This document shows, piece by piece, positions 45,137 to 55,959 of a stretch of DNA of 64,000 bases (its first letter is position 1; every line of letters starts with the position of its first letter). The notes beneath the pieces were generated by a model, which did not search any database, was not told where the DNA came from, and was given only the letters and a program-made list of their open reading frames with translations. The position numbers were made by a program, and so were the translations under genes. The DNA is from an uncultured Eubacteriales bacterium (GTDB lineage: Bacteria > Bacillota > Clostridia > Oscillospirales > Acutalibacteraceae): positions 3,764 through 67,763 of the forward strand of contig CAYYDD010000002.1 in NCBI GenBank assembly GCA_964470515.1. The letters run 5' to 3'.

Positions 45137-45785
45137 GGATTTCACCACCGTGCGTATCGTGTTTTCCAAGATGGGATGCGCACGGTACATCTCGCATCTG
45201 GATCTCAACCGCACGATGACCCGTGCTGTGCGCCGTGCGGGGTTGCCTATCTGGTACACCGAGGGATTTAACAAGCACCCGTATCTCACGTTTGCGTCAC
45301 CGCTGTCGCTCGGCTACGAGGGCGAGCGGGAAACGATGGATCTGCGCTTGGCGGGGGAGATGGAGCTTCTCGAGCTGGTGCAGCGGCTGGATGCCGTGAT
45401 GCCGGAGGGACTGCATATCCTCAGTGCCGCGCCTGCTGTGAAAAAGGCGGGCGAGGTGGCGTGTGCTGTGTATCGGCTGTCGCTCGGCTGTACAGCCGCG
45501 GCGGTAGAGGAGCTACTCTCTCAGTCGTCGGTCACGGCGGTCAAGCGTACCAAGAAAAAGGAGCTCGTTACCGTGGAGCTGAAGCCCGTGCTGGATGCGG
45601 CGGGCAGTGTTATCACGCAGATCGAGAACGGTGTGCAGTGGGAGCTGACACTGCCGTGTAGCAGTGAGCAGTCGGTGAATCCGGCACTCATCGTGGCCGC
45701 CCTGCGTGAAAAGGAGGGCGCGGATCTGCGTTGCTCGGTGCGCCGTTTGCGCGTGTTGGCGCGTGACGGCAGCGAGTTTGCATAA
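45123..45785 (+). CDS. Radical SAM-associated protein (TIGR03936/DUF2344-like).
   Basis: VRIVFSKMGCARYISHLDLNRTMTRAVRRAGLP. TTG start overlapping the upstream gene. Confidence 0.7.
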   Translation: MNDVKDFTTVRIVFSKMGCARYISHLDLNRTMTRAVRRAGLPIWYTEGFNKHPYLTFASPLSLGYEGERETMDLRLAGEMELLELVQRLDAVMPEGLHILSAAPAVKKAGEVACAVYRLSLGCTAAAVEELLSQSSVTAVKRTKKKELVTVELKPVLDAAGSVITQIENGVQWELTLPCSSEQSVNPALIVAALREKEGADLRCSVRRLRVLARDGSEFA

Positions 45786-45799
45786 TTTTCAAAAAAGTG

Positions 45800-45977
45800 C
45801 TTGCTTTTTTGAAAAGGGCGTAGTATACTGTATCAGTATGAATGTCCGTCCCGCCATCATCCGGGCGGGATGGGGATGAATGCCGAGCGAAAGCGAGACA
45901 TGAAAGCGGGCATTCCTCTGTCGGCGGCAGTAGCCGGTCTGGGCAAGAATGTCTGAAAAAACAAGGAGGATTTTCTA
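45800..45977 (+). ncRNA. Possible rplS (L19) leader with its promoter.
   Basis: TTGCTT-17-TATACT promoter, then a roughly 140-nt structured 5' UTR (gtcccgcc..gggcgggat; gaatgcc..gggcattc) before the RBS. Confidence 0.3.
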
Positions 45978-46322
45978 ATGGATGCGTTGAAACTCATTGC
46001 CTCGGATAGTATCAAGGAGGCGGCTCCCCAGTTTGCGATCGGTGATACCGTTCGTGTCGATGTTAAGATCCGTGAAGGCGACCGCGAGCGTATTCAGGCG
46101 TTCGAGGGTACTGTTATTGCCAAGAAGGGCTCCGGCGTGGCCGAGACCTTTACGGTGCGCCGTGTGTCCTACGGTGTCGGTGTGGAGCGCGTGTTCCCGT
46201 TGCATTCTCCCAATGTGGCGGCTGTCACCATCGTGCGTCACGGTAAGGTTCGCCGTAGCAAGCTGTACTACCTGCGTGATCGCGTCGGTAAGGCTGCGAA
46301 GGTCAAAGAACTCATTAAATAA
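45978..46322 (+). CDS. rplS: 50S ribosomal protein L19.
   Basis: [26 protein letters not shown].. Confidence 0.95.
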   Translation: MDALKLIASDSIKEAAPQFAIGDTVRVDVKIREGDRERIQAFEGTVIAKKGSGVAETFTVRRVSYGVGVERVFPLHSPNVAAVTIVRHGKVRRSKLYYLRDRVGKAAKVKELIK

Positions 46323-46331
46323 GGTGGATAG

Positions 46332-46361
46332 GGGAGAAAACGGTGCGTTTTCTCCCTTTTT
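46332..46361 (+). terminator. Terminator/attenuator after rplS.
   Basis: gggagaaaac-ggtgc-gttttctccc followed by ttttt. Confidence 0.7.
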
Positions 46362-46387
46362 CTTATTACGGGAAAGGAGAGCGTGCC

Positions 46388-46939
46388 GTGGACGGACGTC
46401 ACGAAAAAACCGAATGGCGGAAAGCGGCGCGCCGTTTTCTTCCGGGTGCGTATTACGTGCTGTCGTGTTTGTGCGTATTCACCGTGGTGCTGGTGTTGCT
46501 GACGGCGTTTTTTCGCCCATGTACCGTGCAAGGGGGGTCTATGATCCCTACGTTGCAGGACGGCGACCAGCTGTTGCTGAGTTGCTGGGAGCGTGAGCCG
46601 CAGTACGGTGATATCGTGGCCATCCGCCGCGAGAACGAGACACCGCTTATCAAGCGGGTGATCGCCGTGGCGGGAGATACGCTGTATATCGACGGTGACA
46701 CCGGTGAGGTCTACCGCAACGGGATGCTGCTGGACGAGCCGTATCTGTCGGAAAGCACACCGCCCAAGGACTTAGCCGGTGAGATCACGGTGCCGGAGGG
46801 GCAGATGTTCGTGATGGGCGATAACCGCAGTGATTCGCACGACAGCCGCTATAAGGATATCGGTCTGGTGTTGGTGGACAACGTCATCGGCACGGCGGTG
46901 TTTCGGTTTTATCCGCTGTCCGAGTGGGGAGGGCTGTAA
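46388..46939 (+). CDS. lepB: Signal peptidase I.
   Basis: GGSMIPTL and GDNRSDSHDSR motifs. Start moved to the GTG after RBS ggaaaggagag, because the track start lies inside the terminator. Confidence 0.8.
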   Translation: MDGRHEKTEWRKAARRFLPGAYYVLSCLCVFTVVLVLLTAFFRPCTVQGGSMIPTLQDGDQLLLSCWEREPQYGDIVAIRRENETPLIKRVIAVAGDTLYIDGDTGEVYRNGMLLDEPYLSESTPPKDLAGEITVPEGQMFVMGDNRSDSHDSRYKDIGLVLVDNVIGTAVFRFYPLSEWGGL

Positions 46940-46941
46940 GT

Positions 46942-47799
46942 ATGGAGCAAAAGAATATTCAGTGGTTTCCGGGGCATATGACCCGCACCCGCCGCCGCAT
47001 CATCGACAAGCTGCCGCTGGTGGATCTGGTGGCCGAGATCATTGATGCGCGTATCCCCGTCAGCAGCCGAAATCCGGAGCTGGACGGCCTCATCGCGGGC
47101 AAGCCGCGGCTGATCGTATTGAATAAGACCGATATTGCCGACGAAGCCGCCACCAATGCGTGGCTGTCGCACTTCGCGACCAATGGTATCCCCGCCATCG
47201 CGGTGGATTGCAAAAGCGGTCGCGGTGTGCAAAAATTCGTACCGCTGTTGCGTGAGATACTGCGGGATAAGCTCGCCGCGTGGGAGCAGCGCGGGATGAC
47301 TAACCGCGCTATCCGTGTGATGGTGGTGGGTATCCCCAACTGCGGGAAATCGTCGTTTATCAACCGTATGGCCAAGGGCGGCAAGGCCAAGGCCGAGGAC
47401 CGTCCCGGTGTCACGCGGGAACAGCAATGGTTCGTGATCGACAGCGGTGCACAGCTCTTGGATACACCGGGTGTGCTGTGGCCGAAATTCGAGGATCAGA
47501 CCGTAGCGCAGCGTCTGGCCTATACCGGTGCGATCCGCGATGAGGTGCTGGATAGCGAGGAGCTGGCCTGCGGCCTTCTGGAGATACTGCGCGAGCAGTA
47601 TGAGCCGATGCTGCGGGAACGGTATAAGCTGACAGGCGAGCTGCCCGAGGAGGCTTACGAGCTGTTGGAGCTGATCGGTCGCAAGCGCGGGATGCTGGTC
47701 TCCGGAGGTGAGGTCAATACCGAGCGCGCCTCCATTATGCTGCTGGATGAATTTCGCGGCGGTAAGCTCGGGCGCATCACGCTGGAGCGGCCGCGTTGA
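46942..47799 (+). CDS. rbgA: Ribosome biogenesis GTPase A (YlqF).
   Basis: IQWFPGHM, circularly permuted G motifs NKTD .. GIPNCGKSS. Confidence 0.9.
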   Translation: MEQKNIQWFPGHMTRTRRRIIDKLPLVDLVAEIIDARIPVSSRNPELDGLIAGKPRLIVLNKTDIADEAATNAWLSHFATNGIPAIAVDCKSGRGVQKFVPLLREILRDKLAAWEQRGMTNRAIRVMVVGIPNCGKSSFINRMAKGGKAKAEDRPGVTREQQWFVIDSGAQLLDTPGVLWPKFEDQTVAQRLAYTGAIRDEVLDSEELACGLLEILREQYEPMLRERYKLTGELPEEAYELLELIGRKRGMLVSGGEVNTERASIMLLDEFRGGKLGRITLERPR

Positions 47800-47822
47800 C
47801 CGAAACGGAAAGGAGCCGTACG

Positions 47823-48353
47823 ATGGAACAGCCAAAGAAGCGAAATAGCTGGTACGAGTGGGCGCAGATCATCTGCGGCGCACTCGTATTCATCACGCTG
47901 CTGTATACGTTTTTGTTCCGGATGGTGGATGTCAGCGGCTCGTCGATGGACTACACGCTGAGTGACGGTGAGCGTCTGGTGCTATCCAGCCTGCCGTATG
48001 TGCCTGAGTATGAGGATATCGTTGTCATCAGCCGTGGTGACACGGCGGAGCCACTTATCAAGCGGGTTATCGGTCTGCCGGGGGATACCATCCGCGTGGA
48101 TGCCGCCACCGGGGCGGTATACCGCAACGAGGTACTGCTCACGGAAGCCTACGTCCACGATCCTACCGATGCGGAGCAGCTGGACGGGTCGGTCACCGTG
48201 CCGGAGGGTCAGCTCTTTGTGATGGGGGATAACCGTGCGAAAAATCATTCGCTGGACAGCCGTACCTTCGGCTGTATTCCGATAGACAACGTGGTGGGCA
48301 AGGCGGTGTACCGCTTGTTCCCGCTGGATCGGATGGGAGGCATCTACGAATGA
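47823..48353 (+). CDS. lepB: Signal peptidase I (second paralog).
   Basis: SGSSMDYTL and [13 protein letters not shown] motifs. Confidence 0.85.
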   Translation: MEQPKKRNSWYEWAQIICGALVFITLLYTFLFRMVDVSGSSMDYTLSDGERLVLSSLPYVPEYEDIVVISRGDTAEPLIKRVIGLPGDTIRVDAATGAVYRNEVLLTEAYVHDPTDAEQLDGSVTVPEGQLFVMGDNRAKNHSLDSRTFGCIPIDNVVGKAVYRLFPLDRMGGIYE

Positions 48354-48949
48354 CCAATGCCGAATTTGATGAACTGATCCGCGCGGAGGGCACGTCCCTG
48401 CTGTGCGGGGTGGACGAGGCCGGACGCGGGCCGTTGGCCGGGCCGGTATTTGCCGCAGCGGTCATTCTGCGTCCCGACGCGGTGCCGGAGGGACTGAACG
48501 ACTCCAAAAAGCTGTCGGAGAAAAAGCGCGAGGCCCTGTTTGATGATATCTGTCGTGACGCGCTGGCCTACGGCATTGCCTCGGCATCGGTCGAGGAGAT
48601 CGAGGAATACAACATTTTGCAGGCGACGTTTTTGGCTATGCGGAGAGCAGTGGAGAGCCTGTCGGTCACGCCGGAGCTGCTACTGATTGACGGTAACCGC
48701 ACCCCGTCGGGGCTCACCGTGCCGTCGCGGACGCTTATCAAGGGGGATGCGCTATCCGCCTCGGTAGGTGCGGCCTCCATTCTGGCGAAAGTCAGCCGTG
48801 ACCGGCTGATGCTAGAGCTGGATCGGCAGTATCCGGAATACGCGTTTGCCAAGCACAAGGGCTATGGCACGGCGTTGCATTATGAGAAGCTGGCGGCCTA
48901 CGGGCTGTCACCTGTGCATCGTCCCAGCTTTCTCAAGAAGCTGCACTAA
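48350..48949 (+). CDS. rnhB: Ribonuclease HII.
   Basis: [19 protein letters not shown]. Confidence 0.9.
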   Translation: MTNAEFDELIRAEGTSLLCGVDEAGRGPLAGPVFAAAVILRPDAVPEGLNDSKKLSEKKREALFDDICRDALAYGIASASVEEIEEYNILQATFLAMRRAVESLSVTPELLLIDGNRTPSGLTVPSRTLIKGDALSASVGAASILAKVSRDRLMLELDRQYPEYAFAKHKGYGTALHYEKLAAYGLSPVHRPSFLKKLH

Positions 48950-48961
48950 GGGGGATACACG

Positions 48962-49327
48962 GTGGCCGGAGTATCCAAGGGGGCAGCCGGTGAGGTGCTG
49001 GCTGCCCGTTATTTACGCGATCAGGGCTATGAGCTGCTCGGGGCAAATTACCGCACTCGCTTCGGTGAGATCGACATAATCGCCGCGGACGGCACGTATA
49101 TTGTGTTCGTAGAGGTCAAGACCCGTGCACAGAATTCGTTTTACGCCCCGCGTGAGGCGGTGACAGCGGCAAAACAGCGGCGCATCGTCAAAACGGCACT
49201 GTTGTTTTTGGCGCAGCACCCTACCAAGCTGCAACCGCGCTTTGACGTTATCGAGGTCATCACCGCCGTGGGGCAGCCGATGACGTTGGTGGAGCTGAAT
49301 CATTTGAAAAATGCGCACGGAGGCTGA
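48962..49327 (+). CDS. YraN family (UPF0102) endonuclease-like protein.
   Basis: GEIDIIA...VFVEVKTR pattern. Confidence 0.8.
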   Translation: MAGVSKGAAGEVLAARYLRDQGYELLGANYRTRFGEIDIIAADGTYIVFVEVKTRAQNSFYAPREAVTAAKQRRIVKTALLFLAQHPTKLQPRFDVIEVITAVGQPMTLVELNHLKNAHGG

Positions 49328-49341
49328 CCCTCAGCGGAGGG

Positions 49342-50292
49342 ATGTGTGTGCGGTTATTCGACATTCATTGCGACACTCTGGCCGAATGTTATCGGGACAG
49401 AGCGTCGCTTTGCCGCAATGAGCGGCAGATTGATCTGAAACGGGGGCGGCAGTATCGACCGTGGTGCCAGGTGTTTGCCGTGTGGGTGCCCGATACCCTG
49501 CGGGGTACGGCGGCGTTCCGCTATACCCGTCGGGTGCTGGAATTTGCGCGTGCGGAGGAGAAGCGGTATCCGCAGCAGCTCGCAATCGTGACCGACCGCG
49601 ACGGGCTGGAAGCTGCCGTGCGCACCGAGCGATGCGCCGGACTGCTGGCGGTGGAAAGCGGCGCTGCTTTGGGAGGTCGTCTTGAGCGGGTGTCCCGTCT
49701 GGCGACGCTCGGGGTGCGTATCATCACCCTAACGTGGAACGGCAGTAACGAACTGGGACACGGCTGTCTCGCGGAAAACGGCGGAGGATTGACCCCGTTT
49801 GGGCGGTGCGCTGTGCGTGAAATGTATCGGTGGGGAATCATTCCGGATGTGTCGCATCTGAACGAGGCTGGGTTTTGGGATGCGGCGACGCTGAGCGATC
49901 AACCGTTTATGGCCAGCCACTCGCTGTCACGGGCGGTGTGTGACCATCCGCGCAATCTGACCGATGCGCAGTTCAAGGAGCTTCGGCGGCGCGGCGGCTT
50001 GGTCGGGCTGAACTTCTGCGAGGCACAGCTGGGCGAGCAGAGCTTTGACGTGGTGTACCGTCATTTGTCGCACTACCTGGAGCTGGGCGGCGAAAGCACC
50101 GTTGCGTTCGGCGGCGATCTGGACGGCACTGACCTTCCGGAGACGTGGCAGGGGATCGCCGTTTACGGGCAGCTTGGGGCATATCTGTTGAAGAAAGGGA
50201 TACCGGAGGCGGCGTTAGACCGTTTGTTTTTTCAAAATGCGTTTGATTTTTTCTACAACACTTTACAAGCGGCGGAAAATGAAGTACAATAA
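49342..50292 (+). CDS. Membrane dipeptidase (M19 family).
   Basis: LFDIHCDTL, ITLTWNG.N and DVSH motifs. The true start may be the GTG at 49348. Confidence 0.75.
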   Translation: MCVRLFDIHCDTLAECYRDRASLCRNERQIDLKRGRQYRPWCQVFAVWVPDTLRGTAAFRYTRRVLEFARAEEKRYPQQLAIVTDRDGLEAAVRTERCAGLLAVESGAALGGRLERVSRLATLGVRIITLTWNGSNELGHGCLAENGGGLTPFGRCAVREMYRWGIIPDVSHLNEAGFWDAATLSDQPFMASHSLSRAVCDHPRNLTDAQFKELRRRGGLVGLNFCEAQLGEQSFDVVYRHLSHYLELGGESTVAFGGDLDGTDLPETWQGIAVYGQLGAYLLKKGIPEAALDRLFFQNAFDFFYNTLQAAENEVQ

Positions 50293-50327
50293 AAAGTAAT
50301 TTGAAAGCAAAGGCGAGGTCGGTAGCA

Positions 50328-51824
50328 ATGATGTATACCAGCACACGTGACCGTTCTGTTTCTGCGACAGCGGCGCAGGCGATCACACAGGGCATTTCCA
50401 ACGAGGGCGGTCTGTTCGTACCTGAGCAGCTTCCGCAGTTCAGCAAAGACGAATTGGCGGCAATGGTGCCGCAGAATTATATTGAGCGCGCCGTGACCGT
50501 GCTGTCTCGTTTTCTGACGGACTTCACTGCGGACGAGGTGCGTGACTGTGCCCAGTCGGCGTATGGCACCGGCCGTTTTCTGGCACCGGAGGTCGCGCCC
50601 GTTCATTCGCTGAAGGATGGCGTACACGTGCTGGAGCTGTGGCACGGCCCGACCTGCGCGTTCAAGGATATGGCGTTGCAGATCCTGCCGCACTTGATGC
50701 GCGTTTCGGCGCAGAAAACGGCGGACGGCAAGGAGATCGTCATTCTGGTCGCTACTTCCGGAGATACCGGTAAGGCGGCATTGGAGGGCTTCCGCGACGC
50801 GGCGCATACCCGCATTCTGGTGTTCTATCCCGAAAACGGTGTCAGCCCGATGCAGAAGCTCCAGATGACCACGCAGGAGGGCACCAACGTCGGTGTGTGC
50901 GCCATCCGCGGCAACTTTGACGATGCGCAGAGCGGTGTCAAAACCATTTTTACCGATCCTGCGATGCGGGCGGTGTTGGCCGAGCAGGGGATGATGTTCT
51001 CGTCGGCGAACTCCATCAACTGGGGGCGTCTGGTGCCGCAGATCGTGTATTACTTCTCGGCGTACTGTGAATTGGTCTCCGCAGGCTCCATCGCGATGGG
51101 CGACGCGGTCAATGTCGCGGTACCCACCGGCAATTTCGGCAACATTCTGGCCGCCTACTACGCCCGCGAGATGGGTCTGCCCATCGCGCGGCTGATCTGC
51201 GCGTCCAACTGTAATAACGTACTGACGGATTTCATCCGTACCGGTACGTATGACCGTCAGCGCGCGTTCCACACCACCATCTCGCCGTCAATGGATATTC
51301 TCATCTCCTCCAATCTGGAGCGTCTGCTGTACCATCTGTCCGGCTGTGATGCCGAGTTGGTGGCAGGCCTGATGAAGCAGTTGCAGGAGACCGGCCGCTA
51401 CACCGTGCCGGCTGAACTGATGGAGAAGCTCCGTGCGCTATTCTCCGCCGGCTGGTGCGACGATGAGCAGACGATGCAGGCGATCCGCGATACCTATGAG
51501 CAGCAGGGCTATCTGTGCGACACGCACACCGCAGTGGCGGTGTCTGTGTGCGAGCAGTACCGTGCCGAGAACGGTGATAACACGCCCATCATTCTGGCAT
51601 CCACCGCCGATCCGTATAAATTCTCTGCCAGCGTGCTACGTGCGCTGGGTGCCGAACGCGAGGATGAGGACGAGTTCGACAAGGTAGAGCGTCTGAACGC
51701 CCTCACCGGCGCGCCCATCCCGCCGTCCCTGGCGGCACTGAAGGGCCGTCAGCCGCGGTTTACGCAGGTGTGCGACCGCGACACGATGGAGCAGACCGTG
51801 CGGGCCCTGCTGTCCGTGCAATAA
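50328..51824 (+). CDS. thrC: Threonine synthase (long form).
   Basis: MMYTSTRD.., ELWHGPTCAFKD PLP-lysine motif. Confidence 0.9.
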   Translation: MMYTSTRDRSVSATAAQAITQGISNEGGLFVPEQLPQFSKDELAAMVPQNYIERAVTVLSRFLTDFTADEVRDCAQSAYGTGRFLAPEVAPVHSLKDGVHVLELWHGPTCAFKDMALQILPHLMRVSAQKTADGKEIVILVATSGDTGKAALEGFRDAAHTRILVFYPENGVSPMQKLQMTTQEGTNVGVCAIRGNFDDAQSGVKTIFTDPAMRAVLAEQGMMFSSANSINWGRLVPQIVYYFSAYCELVSAGSIAMGDAVNVAVPTGNFGNILAAYYAREMGLPIARLICASNCNNVLTDFIRTGTYDRQRAFHTTISPSMDILISSNLERLLYHLSGCDAELVAGLMKQLQETGRYTVPAELMEKLRALFSAGWCDDEQTMQAIRDTYEQQGYLCDTHTAVAVSVCEQYRAENGDNTPIILASTADPYKFSASVLRALGAEREDEDEFDKVERLNALTGAPIPPSLAALKGRQPRFTQVCDRDTMEQTVRALLSVQ

Positions 51825-51839
51825 GAACGGGGTGAACAC

Positions 51840-52532
51840 GTGGCACTGTTCGTGTTATCCGACACCCATCTGTCGCTGAGCGCGGACAAGTCGATGACTG
51901 TGTTCCGCGGCTGGGACGATTACGTGGAGCGTCTGGAGAAAAACTGGCGGGCACTGGTGCGTCCCGGGGATACGGTGGTCATCGGGGGGGACGTTTGCTG
52001 GGCGATGGCACTGGAGGATACGCTGGCCGATTTTACGTTTCTAAACGCGTTGCCCGGTCGCAAGCTGCTGCTCAAGGGTAACCACGATTATTGGTGGTGT
52101 ACCCGTCGTAAGATGGATACGTTTTTGAGCGATAACGGGCTGGACACGCTCGCCATCGTGCATAACGATGCGGTGGCAGTGGACGACCGCTTCGCCGTGT
52201 GCGGTACGCGCGGCTGGTTTTACGATGAGAGCGAGCCCGATAACGGCAAAATTTTGCGTCGTGAGGCTGCGCGCTTGCAGACCTCACTGGACGCGGCACT
52301 GAAAACGGGGCTGGAGCCCATCGTCTTTTTGCACTACCCGCCGCTGTTTGACGGTCGCGAATGTGTGGAGCTTTTGGATGTGCTGCGGGCTTCGCCGGTC
52401 AAGCGGTGCTATTACGGGCACGTTCACGGAGCCGGAATACGGCAGGCGTTTCAGGGCGAATGGCAGGGAATACAGTTCCGGCTTACCTCGTGTGACGCAT
52501 TAAGCTTCTGTCCGATGCTCATTCCGGATTAA
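51840..52532 (+). CDS. Metallophosphoesterase.
   Basis: LSDTHL, GGD and GNHDYWW motifs. Confidence 0.8.
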   Translation: MALFVLSDTHLSLSADKSMTVFRGWDDYVERLEKNWRALVRPGDTVVIGGDVCWAMALEDTLADFTFLNALPGRKLLLKGNHDYWWCTRRKMDTFLSDNGLDTLAIVHNDAVAVDDRFAVCGTRGWFYDESEPDNGKILRREAARLQTSLDAALKTGLEPIVFLHYPPLFDGRECVELLDVLRASPVKRCYYGHVHGAGIRQAFQGEWQGIQFRLTSCDALSFCPMLIPD

Positions 52533-52588
52533 AAACTTAAGAAAACACCGAAAAATTCGGAAAATATAGTGGAAATTTTCTTCAGAAT

Positions 52589-52630
52589 ATGATACAATAA
52601 CTTGTATTTATGATACAATAACTTGTATTC
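52589..52630 (+). repeat. Tandem 2 x 21-bp duplication in the tig promoter region.
   Basis: atgatacaataacttgtattt | atgatacaataacttgtattc (20/21). Each copy holds TGaTACAAT (extended -10) and the palindrome ATACAA-taac-TTGTAT. Confidence 0.85.
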
Positions 52631-52661
52631 AAGGATTTACAAATCGTAGGAGGCAACAATC

Positions 52662-53978
52662 ATGGCATTGAAGCAGGCAAACAAAGTGGAGACCAACCGC
52701 GTCGAGTTGGAGATCGAGGTCAGCGCCGAGGCGTTTGAGGCCGCGGTTTCCGCCGCGTATCGCAAGAACGTCGGCAAGATCAACGTCCCCGGCTTCCGTA
52801 AGGGCAAGGCACCCCGCGCGATCGTGGAGAAGAGATACGGCACCGGCGTGTTTTACGAGGATGCGATCAACGATCTGTATCCGACTGCGCTGGATGAGGC
52901 GATCCGCGAGTCCGGCTACGAGTATGTGGAGGATAAGATCGATCTGGATGTCGTCTCTGTCGGCCCGGAGGGTCTGTGCTTTAAGGCCGTCATCACCGTC
53001 AAGCCCGAGATCGAGCTGACCGAGTACAAGGGCCTGAAGGGCAAGAAAAAGACCGTTTCCGTGAAGGAAGACGAGGTCAAGGCCGAGCTGGAGAAGTTGC
53101 AGGAGCGCAACTCCCGTTTGGTGACGGTGGAGGATCGCGCCGCTGCTGACGGCGACACGGTTGTGTTCGATTTCGACGGTTACGTGGACGACGTGGCCTT
53201 TGAGGGCGGCAAGGCGGAGAACTATTCGCTGGTGCTTGGCTCCGGCCAGTTCATCCCCGGCTTTGAGGAGCAGATCGTCGGTAAGAAGCCCGAAGAGGCG
53301 TTTGACGTGAACGTTACGTTCCCCGAGGATTATCACGCCGCCGAGCTTGCCGGCAAGCCCGCCGTTTTCAAGTGCGTGCTACACGAGGTCAAGGTGAAGG
53401 AGCTGCCCGAGCTGAACGACGATTTTGCGAAGGATTGCAGTGAATTTGATACGCTGGACGAGTTGAAGGCCGATACCAAGGCGAAGCTGAAGCAACAGAA
53501 GGAGCGTGCCGCTGACGAGGCGTTCGAGACCGAGCTGATGGATCAGCTGTGCGCTGCGGTGCAGGGCGAGATCCCGGAGGCTATGTACGAGAACCGCATC
53601 AACGAGAGCGTGCAGGATTTTGGCTACCGTCTGCAGATGCAGGGCTTGGAGCTGGACACCTACCTGAAGTACACGGGTATGGATATGGCGGCGTTCCGCG
53701 CCGGCTTCCGCGAGCAGGCTGAGCGTTCCGTCAAGGTGCGTCTGGCACTGGAGAAGGTCGCGCAGCTGGAGGGCATCGCTCCCACTGATGAGGAAGTGGA
53801 GGCCGAGCTCCAGAAGTACGCCGATCAGTACTCGATGGAGCTTGAGAAGATCAAGTCCCTCATTCCCGAAGCCAGTGTGCGCGGCGATCTGGCCGTGCAG
53901 AAGGCGATGGAGCTGGTAAAGGCAAATGCCGTGGCTCCCGCCAAGACTGCCAAGAAGAAGGCTGAAAAGGCGGAATAA
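52662..53978 (+). CDS. tig: Trigger factor.
   Basis: PGFRKGKAP motif, FKBP-like middle domain. Confidence 0.95.
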   Translation: MALKQANKVETNRVELEIEVSAEAFEAAVSAAYRKNVGKINVPGFRKGKAPRAIVEKRYGTGVFYEDAINDLYPTALDEAIRESGYEYVEDKIDLDVVSVGPEGLCFKAVITVKPEIELTEYKGLKGKKKTVSVKEDEVKAELEKLQERNSRLVTVEDRAAADGDTVVFDFDGYVDDVAFEGGKAENYSLVLGSGQFIPGFEEQIVGKKPEEAFDVNVTFPEDYHAAELAGKPAVFKCVLHEVKVKELPELNDDFAKDCSEFDTLDELKADTKAKLKQQKERAADEAFETELMDQLCAAVQGEIPEAMYENRINESVQDFGYRLQMQGLELDTYLKYTGMDMAAFRAGFREQAERSVKVRLALEKVAQLEGIAPTDEEVEAELQKYADQYSMELEKIKSLIPEASVRGDLAVQKAMELVKANAVAPAKTAKKKAEKAE

Positions 53979-54025
53979 GAGCCGCTTTCCCGTCCCATAT
54001 TAACACAGAAGAAAGGATGAGCGTT

Positions 54026-54610
54026 ATGAGTTTTATTCCCTATGTTGTAGAACAGACCAGCCGTGGTGAACGTAGCTACGATATTTTCTCCCGTCTGCTG
54101 AATGACCGTATCATTCTGTTGTCGGATCAGGTTAACGACACGACGGCCTCGTTGGTCGTGGCTCAGCTTCTGTTCTTGGAGGGGCAGGATCCCGATAAGG
54201 ATATCCATCTGTATATCAACTCACCCGGCGGCTCCATTTCCGCCGGTATGGCGATCTACGATACGATGCAGTTCATCAAGTGTGACGTATCCACTATCTG
54301 CGTCGGTCTGGCGGCAAGTATGGGCTCGTTTCTGCTGGCCGCCGGCACGCCCGGTAAGCGTCTGGCGCTGCCTAATAGTGAAATCATGATCCATCAGCCG
54401 CTCGGCGGTGCGCAGGGTCAGGCCAGTGATATCAAGATCCAGGCCGACCACATCCTGTTTATCCGTAATCGGATGAACACGCTGCTTTCGCAGATGACCG
54501 GCCAGCCGATGGAGATCATCGAGCGCGATACCGACCGTGACAACTGGATGACGGCGCAGCAGGCCGTGGAATACGGTATTATCGATAAGATCGTGGAGAA
54601 GCGTCCCTAA
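54026..54610 (+). CDS. clpP: ATP-dependent Clp protease proteolytic subunit.
   Basis: [20 protein letters not shown]; GLAASMGS; MIHQP. Confidence 0.95.
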   Translation: MSFIPYVVEQTSRGERSYDIFSRLLNDRIILLSDQVNDTTASLVVAQLLFLEGQDPDKDIHLYINSPGGSISAGMAIYDTMQFIKCDVSTICVGLAASMGSFLLAAGTPGKRLALPNSEIMIHQPLGGAQGQASDIKIQADHILFIRNRMNTLLSQMTGQPMEIIERDTDRDNWMTAQQAVEYGIIDKIVEKRP

Positions 54611-54648
54611 GCTTACGACCGATAACTAAGACGGAGAGGATATGACAC

Positions 54649-55950
54649 ATGCCGAAGAACGACGAAAACCGGTCGATCTGCTGTTCCTTTTGCGGAAAAG
54701 CGCAGGACGAGGTATACCGCCTGATCGCGGGTCCCGGCGTTTACATCTGCAACGAATGCATTGAGTTGTGCACCGAGATCCTGGAGGACGGTGCGCATTT
54801 CAGTAAGCGTGCGCTGGATTCCGATACCTCGTTTACGCTGCCCACGCCGAAGGAGATCAAAAAATCACTGGATGAATACGTTGTCGGGCAGGATGCCGCG
54901 AAGGTGGCACTGTCGGTGGCGGTGTATAACCATTACAAACGCATTTATATGCAAAAAGAGGGCGATGTGGAGATTGGCAAGAGCAACGTGCTGTTGCTCG
55001 GTCCCACCGGTGTGGGTAAGACCGCACTGGCCCAGACCTTAGCCAAGACCCTCAATGTCCCGTTCGCCATCGCGGATGCGACCACGCTGACCGAGGCCGG
55101 TTATGTGGGCGAGGACGTGGAGAACATCCTGCTTCGCCTGATCCAAGCGGCAGAGGGCAATATCGAGCGTGCGCAGCGCGGCATCATCTATGTAGATGAG
55201 ATCGATAAGATCGCCCGCCGCAGCGAGAACCCCTCGATTACCCGCGACGTCAGCGGCGAGGGCGTGCAGCAGGCACTGCTGAAAATTCTGGAGGGTACGG
55301 TGTCTAACGTTCCCCCGAACGGCGGCCGCAAGCACCCGCAGCAGGATTTTATTCAGATCGATACCAGCAACATCCTGTTCATTCTGGGAGGTGCGTTCGA
55401 CGGCATCGAAAAGATCGTGGAGAAGCGTGTTTCGTCCGGCGCGATAGGCTTCGGCAACGAGGTCAAATCTAAAAAGGATTTTGAGCAGGGCGAGATGTAT
55501 CGTCAGATCGTGCCGCAAGATCTCATCAAATACGGTCTGATCCCCGAACTGGTCGGTCGTATGCCGGTCATTACGGCACTGCAACCGCTGGATGTGGACG
55601 CGCTGGTGCAAATTCTGAGCAAGCCGCGCAACGCACTGCTAAAGCAGTACGTCAGCCTGCTGAAGATGGACGGCGTGGAGCTTGTGTTTGAGCCGGATGC
55701 TCTGGCGGCCGTGGCGGAAAAAACGTTGAAACGCAACACAGGTGCCCGCGGTCTGCGGTCGGTGATGGAGGAGCTTCTTACCGAGCTGATGTTTGCTCTG
55801 CCCACTGACTACACGGTGGAGAAGGTCATCGTGACCCGTGCCTGCGTGGAGAATGGCGCTATGCCGGAGCTTATCAAAAACCCCGAGAAAAAGCCGACCC
55901 GCATCAAAACGCCGGGTAAGAAATCTGCCCGCCGCAAGGTGACAGCATAA
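54649..55950 (+). CDS. clpX: ATP-dependent Clp protease ATP-binding subunit ClpX.
   Basis: Zinc finger CSFCGK..CNEC. Walker A GPTGVGKT. Confidence 0.95.
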   Translation: MPKNDENRSICCSFCGKAQDEVYRLIAGPGVYICNECIELCTEILEDGAHFSKRALDSDTSFTLPTPKEIKKSLDEYVVGQDAAKVALSVAVYNHYKRIYMQKEGDVEIGKSNVLLLGPTGVGKTALAQTLAKTLNVPFAIADATTLTEAGYVGEDVENILLRLIQAAEGNIERAQRGIIYVDEIDKIARRSENPSITRDVSGEGVQQALLKILEGTVSNVPPNGGRKHPQQDFIQIDTSNILFILGGAFDGIEKIVEKRVSSGAIGFGNEVKSKKDFEQGEMYRQIVPQDLIKYGLIPELVGRMPVITALQPLDVDALVQILSKPRNALLKQYVSLLKMDGVELVFEPDALAAVAEKTLKRNTGARGLRSVMEELLTELMFALPTDYTVEKVIVTRACVENGAMPELIKNPEKKPTRIKTPGKKSARRKVTA

Positions 55951-55959
55951 GCTGATCCA

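Noticed and set aside
43649-45289. Very long antisense ORFs in the track: 546 aa here, plus 19912..21378 (488 aa), 26650..27918 (422 aa), 11873..12910 (345 aa), 50253..51272 (339 aa), 32905..33876 (323 aa), 46909..47835 (308 aa), 36264..37196 (310 aa), 24301..25140, 31190..32053 and 39286..40005.
   Set aside because: Each lies fully opposite or out of frame to a gene with clear family motifs. Their translations are R/A/G/H/Q/P-rich low-complexity sequence, typical of shadow ORFs in 60% GC DNA, and none has an RBS or a sensible start.
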